In this document: one piece after another, positions 1 through 7,770 of the stretch
Position numbering within the stretch: position 1 is the first letter of the stretch
How the letters are laid out: every line of letters starts with the position of its first letter
From: a virus
Taxonomy: Duplodnaviria; Heunggongvirae; Uroviricota; Caudoviricetes
Virus record (IMG/VR): IMGVR_UViG_2974540528_000001
Coordinates: 1-33,168 of that record
DNA length: 33,168 nt
Reading direction: 5' to 3' (one strand)
The notes under the pieces: generated by a model
The model's input: only the letters and a program-made list of their open reading frames with translations
Databases searched by the model: none
What the model was told of the DNA's origin: nothing
Translations under genes and position numbers: made by a program

Positions 1-2
1 GA

Positions 3-1061
3 AAGTTTGCACCGCTGACCAACGGACATATTGAATTCATTCGCCAGGCGGCTTCTCAGGTTAGTGCTCTGTATCTGTTCCTGTCCTATGACCAGAAATT
101 CGTTGACGCACAACCAGAGTGGATTCGTCCTAAGCTGGGACTTGCTGATCGTTATCGTGACCTGCTGGATGTCATTGCCGACGAGGGACTTGACAACGTG
201 AAGGTAGACTACGTTGATGAGTCGAATATCCCAGGATACCCTGAAGGCAGTGCTGCCTATGCAAAACTGATCCGTGAAAAGCAACCGTTCGTTAAGTACG
301 ATTTTGCTTTCTCTTCTGAGCCGGAGTATGAGTCTTACTTCAGTGAGTTCTTCCCTGAAGCGAAGCATGTAGTTATCGACGCAGAACGTAAAGCTGTTCC
401 TATCTCAGCCACGATGATCCGTAATGATCCGTACAACAACTTCTACAACCTAGCGTGGCCTGCACGTAAGCGCTTCATGAAGAAGGTTGCCATCATTGGT
501 GTTGAGAGTACGGGCAAGACAACCCTGACAAAACATCTGGCGCATACCTTCGGTGCTGGTTGGATTCCTGAGATCGGGAGGCTTATCTGTGAGCGTGAAT
601 ACCACTCCAGTGAGTTAGCAATGTCTCGTGGAGACTATCTTCGTATCGCAATGGAGCATCGCCTGAAGGAAATGGAGTTAGCTGGTTGGGGTGGTTGTGG
701 GGTTATGTTCTCTGACACCACAAACCTGATCACTCACTTCTCTGGCATTTGTGCAGAAAAGATCGACTACTCCGATCTTCTGTTCCGCACACTGAGCCGT
801 GAAGAGAGCTACAACTTCTACGACCTATTCCTGTTCCTCACACCAGAGGTTCCGTGGGTTGCTGATCCTCTTCGCTTGCAGGATACGCCAGAAAAGCGTA
901 AAGAAACACATTCTTTGCTTGACACAATGATCAGGACATCTTACGATACAAGCAAGGTGGTGGTTATCTCCGGCAGTGATTACGACGAACGTACTCAGAA
1001 AGCCGAAGAAGCTGTCCGTAAATTGCTGAATATCAAAGGAGAACAGAATGGGGTTTCCTAA
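3..1061 (+). CDS. nadR: NadR-like bifunctional NMN adenylyltransferase / ribosylnicotinamide kinase (5'-truncated by window edge)
   Basis: The frame is open from base 3 (KFAPLTNGHIEFIRQAASQV...), so the GTG at 198 is not the start. It has a nucleotidyltransferase (H/T)xGH motif, then a kinase domain with Walker A GVESTGKTT, EIGR, DT, and FLxPEVPWVADPLR, as in NadR. Confidence 0.9.
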   Translation, partial: KFAPLTNGHIEFIRQAASQVSALYLFLSYDQKFVDAQPEWIRPKLGLADRYRDLLDVIADEGLDNVKVDYVDESNIPGYPEGSAAYAKLIREKQPFVKYDFAFSSEPEYESYFSEFFPEAKHVVIDAERKAVPISATMIRNDPYNNFYNLAWPARKRFMKKVAIIGVESTGKTTLTKHLAHTFGAGWIPEIGRLICEREYHSSELAMSRGDYLRIAMEHRLKEMELAGWGGCGVMFSDTTNLITHFSGICAEKIDYSDLLFRTLSREESYNFYDLFLFLTPEVPWVADPLRLQDTPEKRKETHSLLDTMIRTSYDTSKVVVISGSDYDERTQKAEEAVRKLLNIKGEQNGVS

Positions 1062-1329
1062 ACTTGAGATTGGCGATTTAGTATTGGTTCGCCAGTGGAA
1101 CGGTGAGGAATCTGTAGAAATTTGTCAGTACCGTGGAGCAACAGGAAACCTGATGTTGATGGTATATCATCCTGATGCAATTTTGAAATCTCAAAGTGAG
1201 CGTTTCATTCGGGACACCGACAGTATGCCGTACAGTGTTAGCATCGTTCGTAAGAGCGATTCAGAGGCATGGGCTAGACTCATGGTAAAAATATCCGCAC
1301 AAAAAGGAGAACAAGATGAACGTAACTAA
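1048..1329 (+). CDS. hypothetical protein (93 aa)
   Basis: ATG preceded by GGAG; overlaps the nadR stop; part of a tightly packed operon. Confidence 0.75.
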   Translation: MGFPKLEIGDLVLVRQWNGEESVEICQYRGATGNLMLMVYHPDAILKSQSERFIRDTDSMPYSVSIVRKSDSEAWARLMVKISAQKGEQDERN

Positions 1330-1681
1330 TTCAAGCATGAAGCAGGCTTTTGGTGTTCTGAAGATTATTTTGGAAAAGGCACCTGAATTGGTGGAAGGTC
1401 TTCAGGCTTATGCCAACTGTCGTGAGCAAGGGTTCTCCATCATGAAGTTGGACTACTCCGGTGGAGAAGATAATTGTCGCCAAGTGTCATTCTCAGAATG
1501 TCGTAACAGTGATCAGATCACTGTGTACTGGGGCGGGACTCGTGACTTCAATTTCCAAACTAACATCCCAACTGATGATACCTATTTCAATCGCCGTAAA
1601 TTCTTCGGCTATGAGGAGTACGAAGAGGTGGCTGACTGGATTATTGCATACTTGAAGGGTGATAACGATGGATCAAACTAA
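1316..1681 (+). CDS. hypothetical protein (121 aa)
   Basis: AAGGAG RBS, overlapping operon arrangement. Confidence 0.75.
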   Translation: MNVTNSSMKQAFGVLKIILEKAPELVEGLQAYANCREQGFSIMKLDYSGGEDNCRQVSFSECRNSDQITVYWGGTRDFNFQTNIPTDDTYFNRRKFFGYEEYEEVADWIIAYLKGDNDGSN

Positions 1682-2078
1682 GCTGGAAATTCTCCACTTC
1701 TTAGAGAAGTCTTTGGAGGAAAAGCAGGGATGGACGTACCACAAAGAGGTAGCTGATAAATTTGGCGAGCCTGCCACTACAGAGGCCCTAGCTTCTCTTA
1801 TCGGGAATGGTAAAGTTATGGATTGCGGCTGCGGGTGTTCCGGTATGATGATCACCCCTGCGGGTCTTGAGGATATTCGCCCACCAAAACGTATCATGGT
1901 GTGGAAAACAGAATCCGGGAAGGTTGTCAGGCTGACCCATATGTCAGATGACCACTTGCGGAACGCCATCATTTGGTTGCTGACAGACTCCAGTCTTACT
2001 GATGAGCACGAGGGTTATGGCATCACACAATGGTTGGTGGCTATGTCTCGCGAGCTGCACAGCCGTGTGACTGTCTAA
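1668..2078 (+). CDS. hypothetical protein (136 aa), N-terminus loosely winged-helix-like, with a CGCGC motif
   Basis: ATG at 1668 after GAAGGG preferred over GTG 1659; its TAA overlaps the next ATG (TAATG). Confidence 0.7.
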   Translation: MDQTKLEILHFLEKSLEEKQGWTYHKEVADKFGEPATTEALASLIGNGKVMDCGCGCSGMMITPAGLEDIRPPKRIMVWKTESGKVVRLTHMSDDHLRNAIIWLLTDSSLTDEHEGYGITQWLVAMSRELHSRVTV

Positions 2079-2416
2079 TGGCTAAGGTTCTCAACTTTTA
2101 CCACATCGGTAAAGTGATCCCTGAAAATGCTGAGTACATGGGGCGAGCAATGCCCCACTTGGGCCTGAAGCAATCTAAATTCGCTAACCCATATAAGTTG
2201 TCGAAGGATGAGCCTCGCGGGGCAACGATTGAGCGCTATCGCGTATGGTTATGGCAACAGATCCGTGCTGGGAAAATTACTATTCAAGATCTTCTTGACT
2301 TGGATGGTAAAGACCTTGTATGTTTCTGTAAACAGCCTAACAAAGAGGTAGCATGTCACTGTGATGTGATACTTGCGGCAATCGAATGGGCTAAACAAAG
2401 GAGTCAAGATGTCTAA
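2078..2416 (+). CDS. DUF4326 family protein
   Basis: TAATG-coupled start at 2078; YMGR...SKFANPY...IERYRVWL...LDGKDLVCFC...CHCDVI matches the DUF4326 pattern (YIGR..WGNPF..L.GK.L.C.C....CH.DVL). Confidence 0.8.
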   Translation: MAKVLNFYHIGKVIPENAEYMGRAMPHLGLKQSKFANPYKLSKDEPRGATIERYRVWLWQQIRAGKITIQDLLDLDGKDLVCFCKQPNKEVACHCDVILAAIEWAKQRSQDV

Positions 2417-2558
2417 AGAATTTATGGACTGGTTTGATAAAAACGCACCCGCACATCTTTTTCCAGACGCAGAGGAGCGTGAAAACCTACAAGTGATGTG
2501 TTGGTTAGCATGGCGAGATGGGATCAGATCTGTCTTACCAGTTGTAATGGAGGGTTAA
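2409..2558 (+). CDS. hypothetical protein (49 aa)
   Basis: ATG 2409 after AGGAG; fills the gap in the operon. Confidence 0.65.
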   Translation: MSKEFMDWFDKNAPAHLFPDAEERENLQVMCWLAWRDGIRSVLPVVMEG

Positions 2559-2560
2559 AA

Positions 2561-2797
2561 ATGGCAATTCATGCAAAGAGTAATGGTCTGCTCATCGGTG
2601 GTAAAATTCTCGACGATACTGAGAAAGGCTGGCTTTTCCAAGCGCTGGACAACAAACGTCCAACCTTTGTTGGAAAAGGCGATAAAAGAAATAAGGTTTT
2701 TGATGGGCCTAATGCAGTAGATGAGGCCATCGCGTGGCAAACTAAAGTTCGGTCAGAAATGAAAAATAAAGAGAGAAAGGGGCGCAAAAATGGCTAA
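2561..2797 (+). CDS. hypothetical protein (78 aa)
   Basis: GGAGGG RBS before ATG 2561 (MAIHAKSNG...); basic C-terminus. Confidence 0.7.
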   Translation: MAIHAKSNGLLIGGKILDDTEKGWLFQALDNKRPTFVGKGDKRNKVFDGPNAVDEAIAWQTKVRSEMKNKERKGRKNG

Positions 2798-3047
2798 AGA
2801 TACATGGGAAGTATTTCAGGATGACGATGAAATAAAGGTCATTGTCTCAGGCTCTCTTGAGGTAGGTTCCGGGTGGCGATCTTACAGTGACGTGTGTTCA
2901 GAGATTAATAACCTTGATGATGCCAAACTCATTGCCTCAGCACCTGAATTGCTTGACGCGGTTCTGGATCTGAAGTATAAGTTATACGGTAACGGCGCGG
3001 CGAATCCTAAAATCGAAGCGCTTCTTAAACGATTAACAGGAGAATAA
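2790..3047 (+). CDS. hypothetical phage protein (85 aa)
   Basis: Contains the common phage motif AKLIASAPELLDA; overlapping start. Confidence 0.75.
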   Translation: MAKDTWEVFQDDDEIKVIVSGSLEVGSGWRSYSDVCSEINNLDDAKLIASAPELLDAVLDLKYKLYGNGAANPKIEALLKRLTGE

Positions 3048-3049
3048 CC

Positions 3050-3772
3050 ATGAATACAAATCTGTACATTAAGACAGCATGGACCGACTTTTATGGCTGG
3101 TCAAAACTTGAATACCTTTGGCTCCTCATCTGCTCGGCATCGATCGCCATTGTATCCTTGACTATGGGCGGCGGAATAGTAGAGTTCATCTCTTCGGTCA
3201 CCGGGATCATCGGGGCTATCCTGGTGGCAAAAGGTAAGCTCTCCAGTTATTACTGGGGTTTTGTGGCAACGGTGTTGTATGCTTATGTGTCGTTCACGTA
3301 CAAACTCTACGGAGAAACGATCATGTACACCCTGTTGTTCACCCCCATGCAGGTCATTGGTGGGATAATCTGGGCGCGTAAGTTAACCGTCTCTGCGGAT
3401 GGTGAACGTGCGGATGTCATCAAGAAGTATCTGACCACAAAACAGCGCTGGATTGTTGGTATCGGGACATTGGTGACGATCGGATTATACGCCGAGTTCG
3501 TTAGCCTGCTGAAAGGGAGTATGCCGGGTCTCGATTCTGCTACAGCAATCCTGTCGGTTCTGGCAACCTACCTGATGATGGTTCGTTATGCAGAACAATG
3601 GTATGTCTGGATTATTGTTAACGTGGTTGCTGTGGCTCTGTGGATTCAGACAGCAATGCATCATGAAACACAAGGATGGGCAGTTCTTGCAATGTGGGTA
3701 ACTTTCCTGTTAAACTCTGTGTACGGTGCTTACAAATGGCGTAAAACAGAAAAGGAAACTACACATGCGTGA
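3050..3772 (+). CDS. pnuC: PnuC-like nicotinamide riboside transporter
   Basis: Multiple hydrophobic helices; GIIGAILVAKGKLSSYYWG, Q..G...W, DS..AILSVLATYLM..RYAEQWYVWIIVNVVAV are PnuC hallmarks; GGAG RBS. Confidence 0.92.
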   Translation: MNTNLYIKTAWTDFYGWSKLEYLWLLICSASIAIVSLTMGGGIVEFISSVTGIIGAILVAKGKLSSYYWGFVATVLYAYVSFTYKLYGETIMYTLLFTPMQVIGGIIWARKLTVSADGERADVIKKYLTTKQRWIVGIGTLVTIGLYAEFVSLLKGSMPGLDSATAILSVLATYLMMVRYAEQWYVWIIVNVVAVALWIQTAMHHETQGWAVLAMWVTFLLNSVYGAYKWRKTEKETTHA

Positions 3773-3983
3773 TTTAATCATTCCCACAACCATCAGTGTA
3801 GTGGTGTTCTTCTTTGTGCTTGCAATATCTATCTCTCTCGGATACTATGTTGGTATCAGTGCGGGAGAAGTATTCGGAACACCTGGCTTTGGCGAGTACG
3901 CCCAAACCTCTGTAATACTTGGTGGGTTTTTGGGATTAGTTCTCGGCATAGTATCTTTCGGCATAAGTTCAGGGGTGGAGTGA
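3765..3983 (+). CDS. small membrane protein (72 aa, 2 predicted TM helices)
   Basis: ATG 3765 after AAGGA; two long hydrophobic stretches. Confidence 0.7.
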   Translation: MRDLIIPTTISVVVFFFVLAISISLGYYVGISAGEVFGTPGFGEYAQTSVILGGFLGLVLGIVSFGISSGVE

Positions 3984-3985
3984 GT

Positions 3986-4555
3986 GTGAAAAGAACAAAG
4001 CATATCAATAAGAATGCTTTCCGCAAGGTGGGGCGTTATGCCCTGCCATTCGCGGTGGCAATCACAGTTGCAGGTTGTGAGCAAGCAGACATTGACATGA
4101 AGATGTACAAAAATGTTGATGAGTGTATTGCAGATACTCACAAACCGGATCAGTGTCGGGCAGCAAGACAAGAAGCAGAAAAGGTTGCAAATGAAACTGC
4201 ACCACGCTATGCGACTTATTCTGACTGCTACGCGGAGTTCGGTGACCAGTGCCACCACAATCCAAGCAGCTCAGATAGCGGTTCTTCGTGGATGCCGTTG
4301 ATGATGGGATACATGATGGGTAACAGCATGAATTCCGGTTATCATTCAGCACCGCTATATCAGAATCGATCAGGTCAGTATATGGACAATAAATTCCGTA
4401 ACTACAATGCACGACCTGGTCAAACGTTCAAGGTGACAAGCTCTGCGGCAAAGCCAACAGTACAGTCTCCTCGTACAACGGTTTCTCGTAGCACCACATC
4501 CTCTCGTGGTGGTTTTGGTAGCTCTGTTAGCAGTCGCTCATCTTTTGGAGGGTAG
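3986..4555 (+). CDS. ygiB: DUF1190 (YgiB/YjfM-like) lipoprotein
   Basis: MKRTKHINKNAFRK N-terminus, lipobox VAGC, Y.N.D.C....C..A...A...APRYAT..DC.AEFG..C, WMPLM.GYMMG and terminal RGGFG all recall E. coli YgiB; GTG 3986 is 5 nt after GGAG. Confidence 0.85.
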   Translation: MKRTKHINKNAFRKVGRYALPFAVAITVAGCEQADIDMKMYKNVDECIADTHKPDQCRAARQEAEKVANETAPRYATYSDCYAEFGDQCHHNPSSSDSGSSWMPLMMGYMMGNSMNSGYHSAPLYQNRSGQYMDNKFRNYNARPGQTFKVTSSAAKPTVQSPRTTVSRSTTSSRGGFGSSVSSRSSFGG

Positions 4556-4558
4556 TTG

Positions 4559-4927
4559 ATGATTGGATTCTGGGAATGGTTTACAATGAATCACAATTGG
4601 GTATCTAGCCTGATCCCGCTTGCTATGTTTTCCTACATAGGATGGTTATTGTCGGGAGGGCTTACTTGGAAGGGAAAAGTGGCCTCCTATGTGTTTTCAG
4701 CTGTAATGTTTGGGGCAATGTTCTGGGCAGTGACTTACTTGGGTGGTTATGGAATGTATAAGCGCCATTATACTACTTGCGCAAAGCCAGAAGCTGTGGC
4801 ATCATTCTATGTGTTTGATGCAAAGAAAGAGCGCTGTTATAAACCTGTTGTTGGATTTGCACCTGTTGATGATAATCAGGTAAAGACTCTGACACCGAAA
4901 CAAATGGAGACTGGAGAATGGCTTTAA
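4559..4927 (+). CDS. membrane protein (122 aa, 2 N-terminal TM helices and a soluble domain with 2 Cys)
   Basis: GGAGGG RBS before ATG 4559; hydrophobic N-terminal half. Confidence 0.75.
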   Translation: MIGFWEWFTMNHNWVSSLIPLAMFSYIGWLLSGGLTWKGKVASYVFSAVMFGAMFWAVTYLGGYGMYKRHYTTCAKPEAVASFYVFDAKKERCYKPVVGFAPVDDNQVKTLTPKQMETGEWL

Positions 4928-5205
4928 CTCGTGAAGAACGTACCGGGGCTAAGTTTGTAGAGATGTATGAGGCCCGTGTCGGTTCGAAACCCACTCTTGA
5001 AGAGCAACTGATGCTTGCATACTTCAAGGAGAACGTGGATGATCTCCCGGTTGACTGGGGCGACCCAACATCTTTCCACAAAGCGTTCAGACAAACCGAC
5101 GTTTGTCGTCAAGGATACCAGGATATGGTCATTTGGAGTCTTATGTCTGGTGGGCCAAGTGTAGCAATTTGGGATGTATTGGAGGAATTTTATGCTGGTC
5201 GATGA
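4918..5205 (+). CDS. hypothetical protein (95 aa)
   Basis: GGAG RBS; overlaps neighbours. Confidence 0.7.
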   Translation: MALTREERTGAKFVEMYEARVGSKPTLEEQLMLAYFKENVDDLPVDWGDPTSFHKAFRQTDVCRQGYQDMVIWSLMSGGPSVAIWDVLEEFYAGR

Positions 5206-5503
5206 ACTTGGTGTTCGTAGCCTTGTCCCAGATGCTTGGGCAGAGGCCTATGGTAAGCCACAAGCTGATCCTCATTCTGTTTTCGCAGAGCTGCTTGGTG
5301 TAACACGACAGCAAGCGAAGGTGATCGGTTATGAGTATATGTACTCTGAAGAGACCGAACATGTTCGGGCGATCAAACTGTGGCACCTATCGGGAAAAGA
5401 AACTCGATATGTTTACCGGAAGCTTGCTAACCTCTTGTTGGAGAATGGGGTTACTGTTCCTCCGCTGAGAGAAATTCTTGAAGAGGTAGATCGGGATGAA
5501 TAA
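5192..5503 (+). CDS. hypothetical protein (103 aa)
   Basis: GGAGG at 5181-5185 before ATG 5192. Confidence 0.7.
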   Translation: MLVDELGVRSLVPDAWAEAYGKPQADPHSVFAELLGVTRQQAKVIGYEYMYSEETEHVRAIKLWHLSGKETRYVYRKLANLLLENGVTVPPLREILEEVDRDE

Positions 5504-5900
5504 AATCCGAAAATTTTTCAAATGGTTATTGGGATTATTCAGTACAACAACGGTCGTATCTATAGGGAAGGGAAACAGCACTTTTGTTAGCCAAACAACC
5601 AAGGTGACCACAATATCTTCTGAAGCGCTTAATGAGACGCTCAACGAGGCCCTTCGTCAAGCAAGACAAAACAATGAGCGGAGATTGAAAATGTCACCCC
5701 CAACGCCACCTTCACCGTCTAAAAGGCGTGTGGTCGTGGAGGATGGCGGTTATCGCCGGAGAAATGATGATGCGGCGATCATCAATACAGCCACGATTAG
5801 TGATACGTATACCCATCATACGCCAAGTCACTCGTCAAGCAGTCATGACTCGTATTCCTCCTGTGATTCGAGTTCATCATTTTCAGGTAGTTGTGATTAA
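5496..5900 (+). CDS. hypothetical protein (134 aa) with Ser/Asp/His-rich C-terminal tail
   Basis: GAGG RBS; tail HHTPSHSSSSHDSYSSCDSSSSFSGSCD. Confidence 0.7.
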   Translation: MNKIRKFFKWLLGLFSTTTVVSIGKGNSTFVSQTTKVTTISSEALNETLNEALRQARQNNERRLKMSPPTPPSPSKRRVVVEDGGYRRRNDDAAIINTATISDTYTHHTPSHSSSSHDSYSSCDSSSSFSGSCD

Positions 5901-5909
5901 GGAGATAAA

Positions 5910-6128
5910 ATGAAAATTGGTTTCTTCGGTTTTTTGGCGCTGATACTTATCACGCTTAAACTTTGTGGCGTTATCGCTTGGTCTTGGTGGCTTGTTTTAC
6001 TACCGCTCTACTTCGGTGTTGCCGTTCTTCTTTTCTTCTTCCTGATGGCGATTATCGGGTGGCTGGGACTGGCAAGTGTAGGCCGTGTGGCTGAAATGAT
6101 GTCAAATTCAAAAAAGAAAAGAAAGTAA
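5910..6128 (+). CDS. small membrane protein, 'transmembrane Fragile-X-F'-like phage family
   Basis: FLALILITLKLCGVIAWSWWLVLLPLY matches the pattern LF..LKL.G.I.WSWWWV..PLW; AAGGAG RBS. Confidence 0.75.
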   Translation: MKIGFFGFLALILITLKLCGVIAWSWWLVLLPLYFGVAVLLFFFLMAIIGWLGLASVGRVAEMMSNSKKKRK

Positions 6129-6157
6129 TTGACATAACAAGTGTAAAGGGGTAAGAT
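6129..6157 (+). promoter_or_regulatory. sigma70-type promoter
   Basis: TTGACA (6129-6134), 17 bp, TAAGAT (6152-6157), in the only sizeable intergenic gap of the + block. Confidence 0.85.
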
Positions 6158-6184
6158 ACCCCTTCACTAATAAATGGAGGATTG

Positions 6185-6523
6185 ATGACTGAAGAAGTAA
6201 CCCCTACCAACGAAGCACGATTCCTGGGACTAGACCCCAATCAGTTCGGAACTGTGATTTTCCTCTCAAGTGCCAGCGTTCAGATGGCTGACCATATAAA
6301 TTCTGAACCCGTCAGAAAAGAAATGGAACGTTTGATCAGTGAAGGCAAACACGAAACTATCGAAACGGCGTTGGCCTGGATTCGTGGTCAGCGTAATGCT
6401 GTGATGCAACTGAGTGGAGCTTCAACCTTCGCGCAAAATCTTTTGGCGCAAGTTGAAGATATGTTGGTTGATCAACTTCTTGCTGTACCAGTTACACAAG
6501 CCGTTGAAGAAAAATCTGAGTAA
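6185..6523 (+). CDS. hypothetical protein (112 aa)
   Basis: GGAGG RBS directly downstream of the promoter. Confidence 0.75.
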   Translation: MTEEVTPTNEARFLGLDPNQFGTVIFLSSASVQMADHINSEPVRKEMERLISEGKHETIETALAWIRGQRNAVMQLSGASTFAQNLLAQVEDMLVDQLLAVPVTQAVEEKSE

Positions 6524-6536
6524 TAAAGGAGAGAAG

Positions 6537-7757
6537 ATGAGCGTAGTAAACGAATACAAAGACCCAATGTCCGGCAAAGTAAACCACTTCGCAAAGGGCA
6601 GCATCAAATTTGTCAGCATCAAGCCCGTAAAAGATGGCCCGAATGTTGTCAACGGTGTTAAGACCACCTACATCAAGGTTCCAGGTCAGCCTGACAAGAA
6701 GATCGAAGCAACCCACGTCATCAGCTTCCTGATGCAAGATGTTGACGACAATAACAATGTTATCGATCCGCAGAGTACAGGTCAGTGGATCAGCATGGGA
6801 GAGAAGAAGCTTCATGCTAACCATACTGACAAGGTGCAGGTGAAAATGGACAGCGGGTACAAAGATATCTTAGCAGGTATGGTTGTGTCCTTCCCTCTGA
6901 AAGTGTCTAAGAGTGGTGAAAACACCTACTACAACGGTACTCTGAGTGGTAAAGTGTTCAACATTTTGGATGAAAGCAAAGCGGGACAACCTGCCCCTCG
7001 TCAACAGCAATCTTCTGCCCCAGCAGCACAGTCAGGCGGTGGTATTAAGATCTACGGTGAGATTACCGAAATCGTAGGTAATCTGGCGACTGTTAATGAC
7101 GAGAAGAACGGCCCCGGCGGTGTAGTTCTTTCCGATGAACAATTGGCACAGGTATCTGTTGGTGGACGAATGACTGCCTTTGTGGATATGTCTAACGGTA
7201 ACATCCTGAATGGATTCAAAGCTTACGGCCCCGCAGGTCAGAACAACGGCGGTTCTGGTGCCAAAGGCAAACGTAGCAATTACGATCCTGTTGGTGTATC
7301 TGCTGGTCATGCCATGAATGCTCTGGTAAACCTGAAGCTGTCAGGCTTTAAGGGCGATGTGGAAGCGGCAGGCAAGATAGTGCATGATGTTACCACCAAA
7401 CTGATCAAGGAACTTTCAGAAGCTGAAGGTAAAGATGTTGGTCAGACCGTGGGTAACGCTGTAAAATATGCGGTGACGAACATTGCTGTCAAAGGAAAGA
7501 CCATCGATGCAGACGAGCTTGAGAAGGCCACACGCGAAGCGTATGCGCTTGCAGCGACGTTCTACAGCTATGCCAGTGCAACGGCACAGGAAGAGTCGCA
7601 GAAGCCGTCACAGCCCATTCAGGAGCGTTTAACGACACCTCCTGCTCAAGAGGCTCCGGCTATGGATTTTGATGAACCTCCGATGGACTTCGATGATGAT
7701 ATCCCCTTTGCTCCAATCGGACTGCCGTATGGTCGTAACTTCATCCACTGCATCTAA
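6537..7757 (+). CDS. putative single-stranded DNA-binding / recombination protein (406 aa)
   Basis: Start ATG 6537 after AAGGAG. Beta-rich N-terminal domains, Gln/Pro/Ala linkers, and near the C-terminus EPPMDFDDDIPF, identical to the enterobacterial SSB tail. The fold is not verified. Confidence 0.6.
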   Translation: MSVVNEYKDPMSGKVNHFAKGSIKFVSIKPVKDGPNVVNGVKTTYIKVPGQPDKKIEATHVISFLMQDVDDNNNVIDPQSTGQWISMGEKKLHANHTDKVQVKMDSGYKDILAGMVVSFPLKVSKSGENTYYNGTLSGKVFNILDESKAGQPAPRQQQSSAPAAQSGGGIKIYGEITEIVGNLATVNDEKNGPGGVVLSDEQLAQVSVGGRMTAFVDMSNGNILNGFKAYGPAGQNNGGSGAKGKRSNYDPVGVSAGHAMNALVNLKLSGFKGDVEAAGKIVHDVTTKLIKELSEAEGKDVGQTVGNAVKYAVTNIAVKGKTIDADELEKATREAYALAATFYSYASATAQEESQKPSQPIQERLTTPPAQEAPAMDFDEPPMDFDDDIPFAPIGLPYGRNFIHCI

Positions 7758-7770
7758 GATGTGATTTTAA

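Noticed and set aside
198-1061. GTG at 198 as the NadR start
   Set aside because: The frame is open from base 3 and includes the catalytic TNGH motif, so the gene begins before the window. An N-terminal HTH cannot be assessed.
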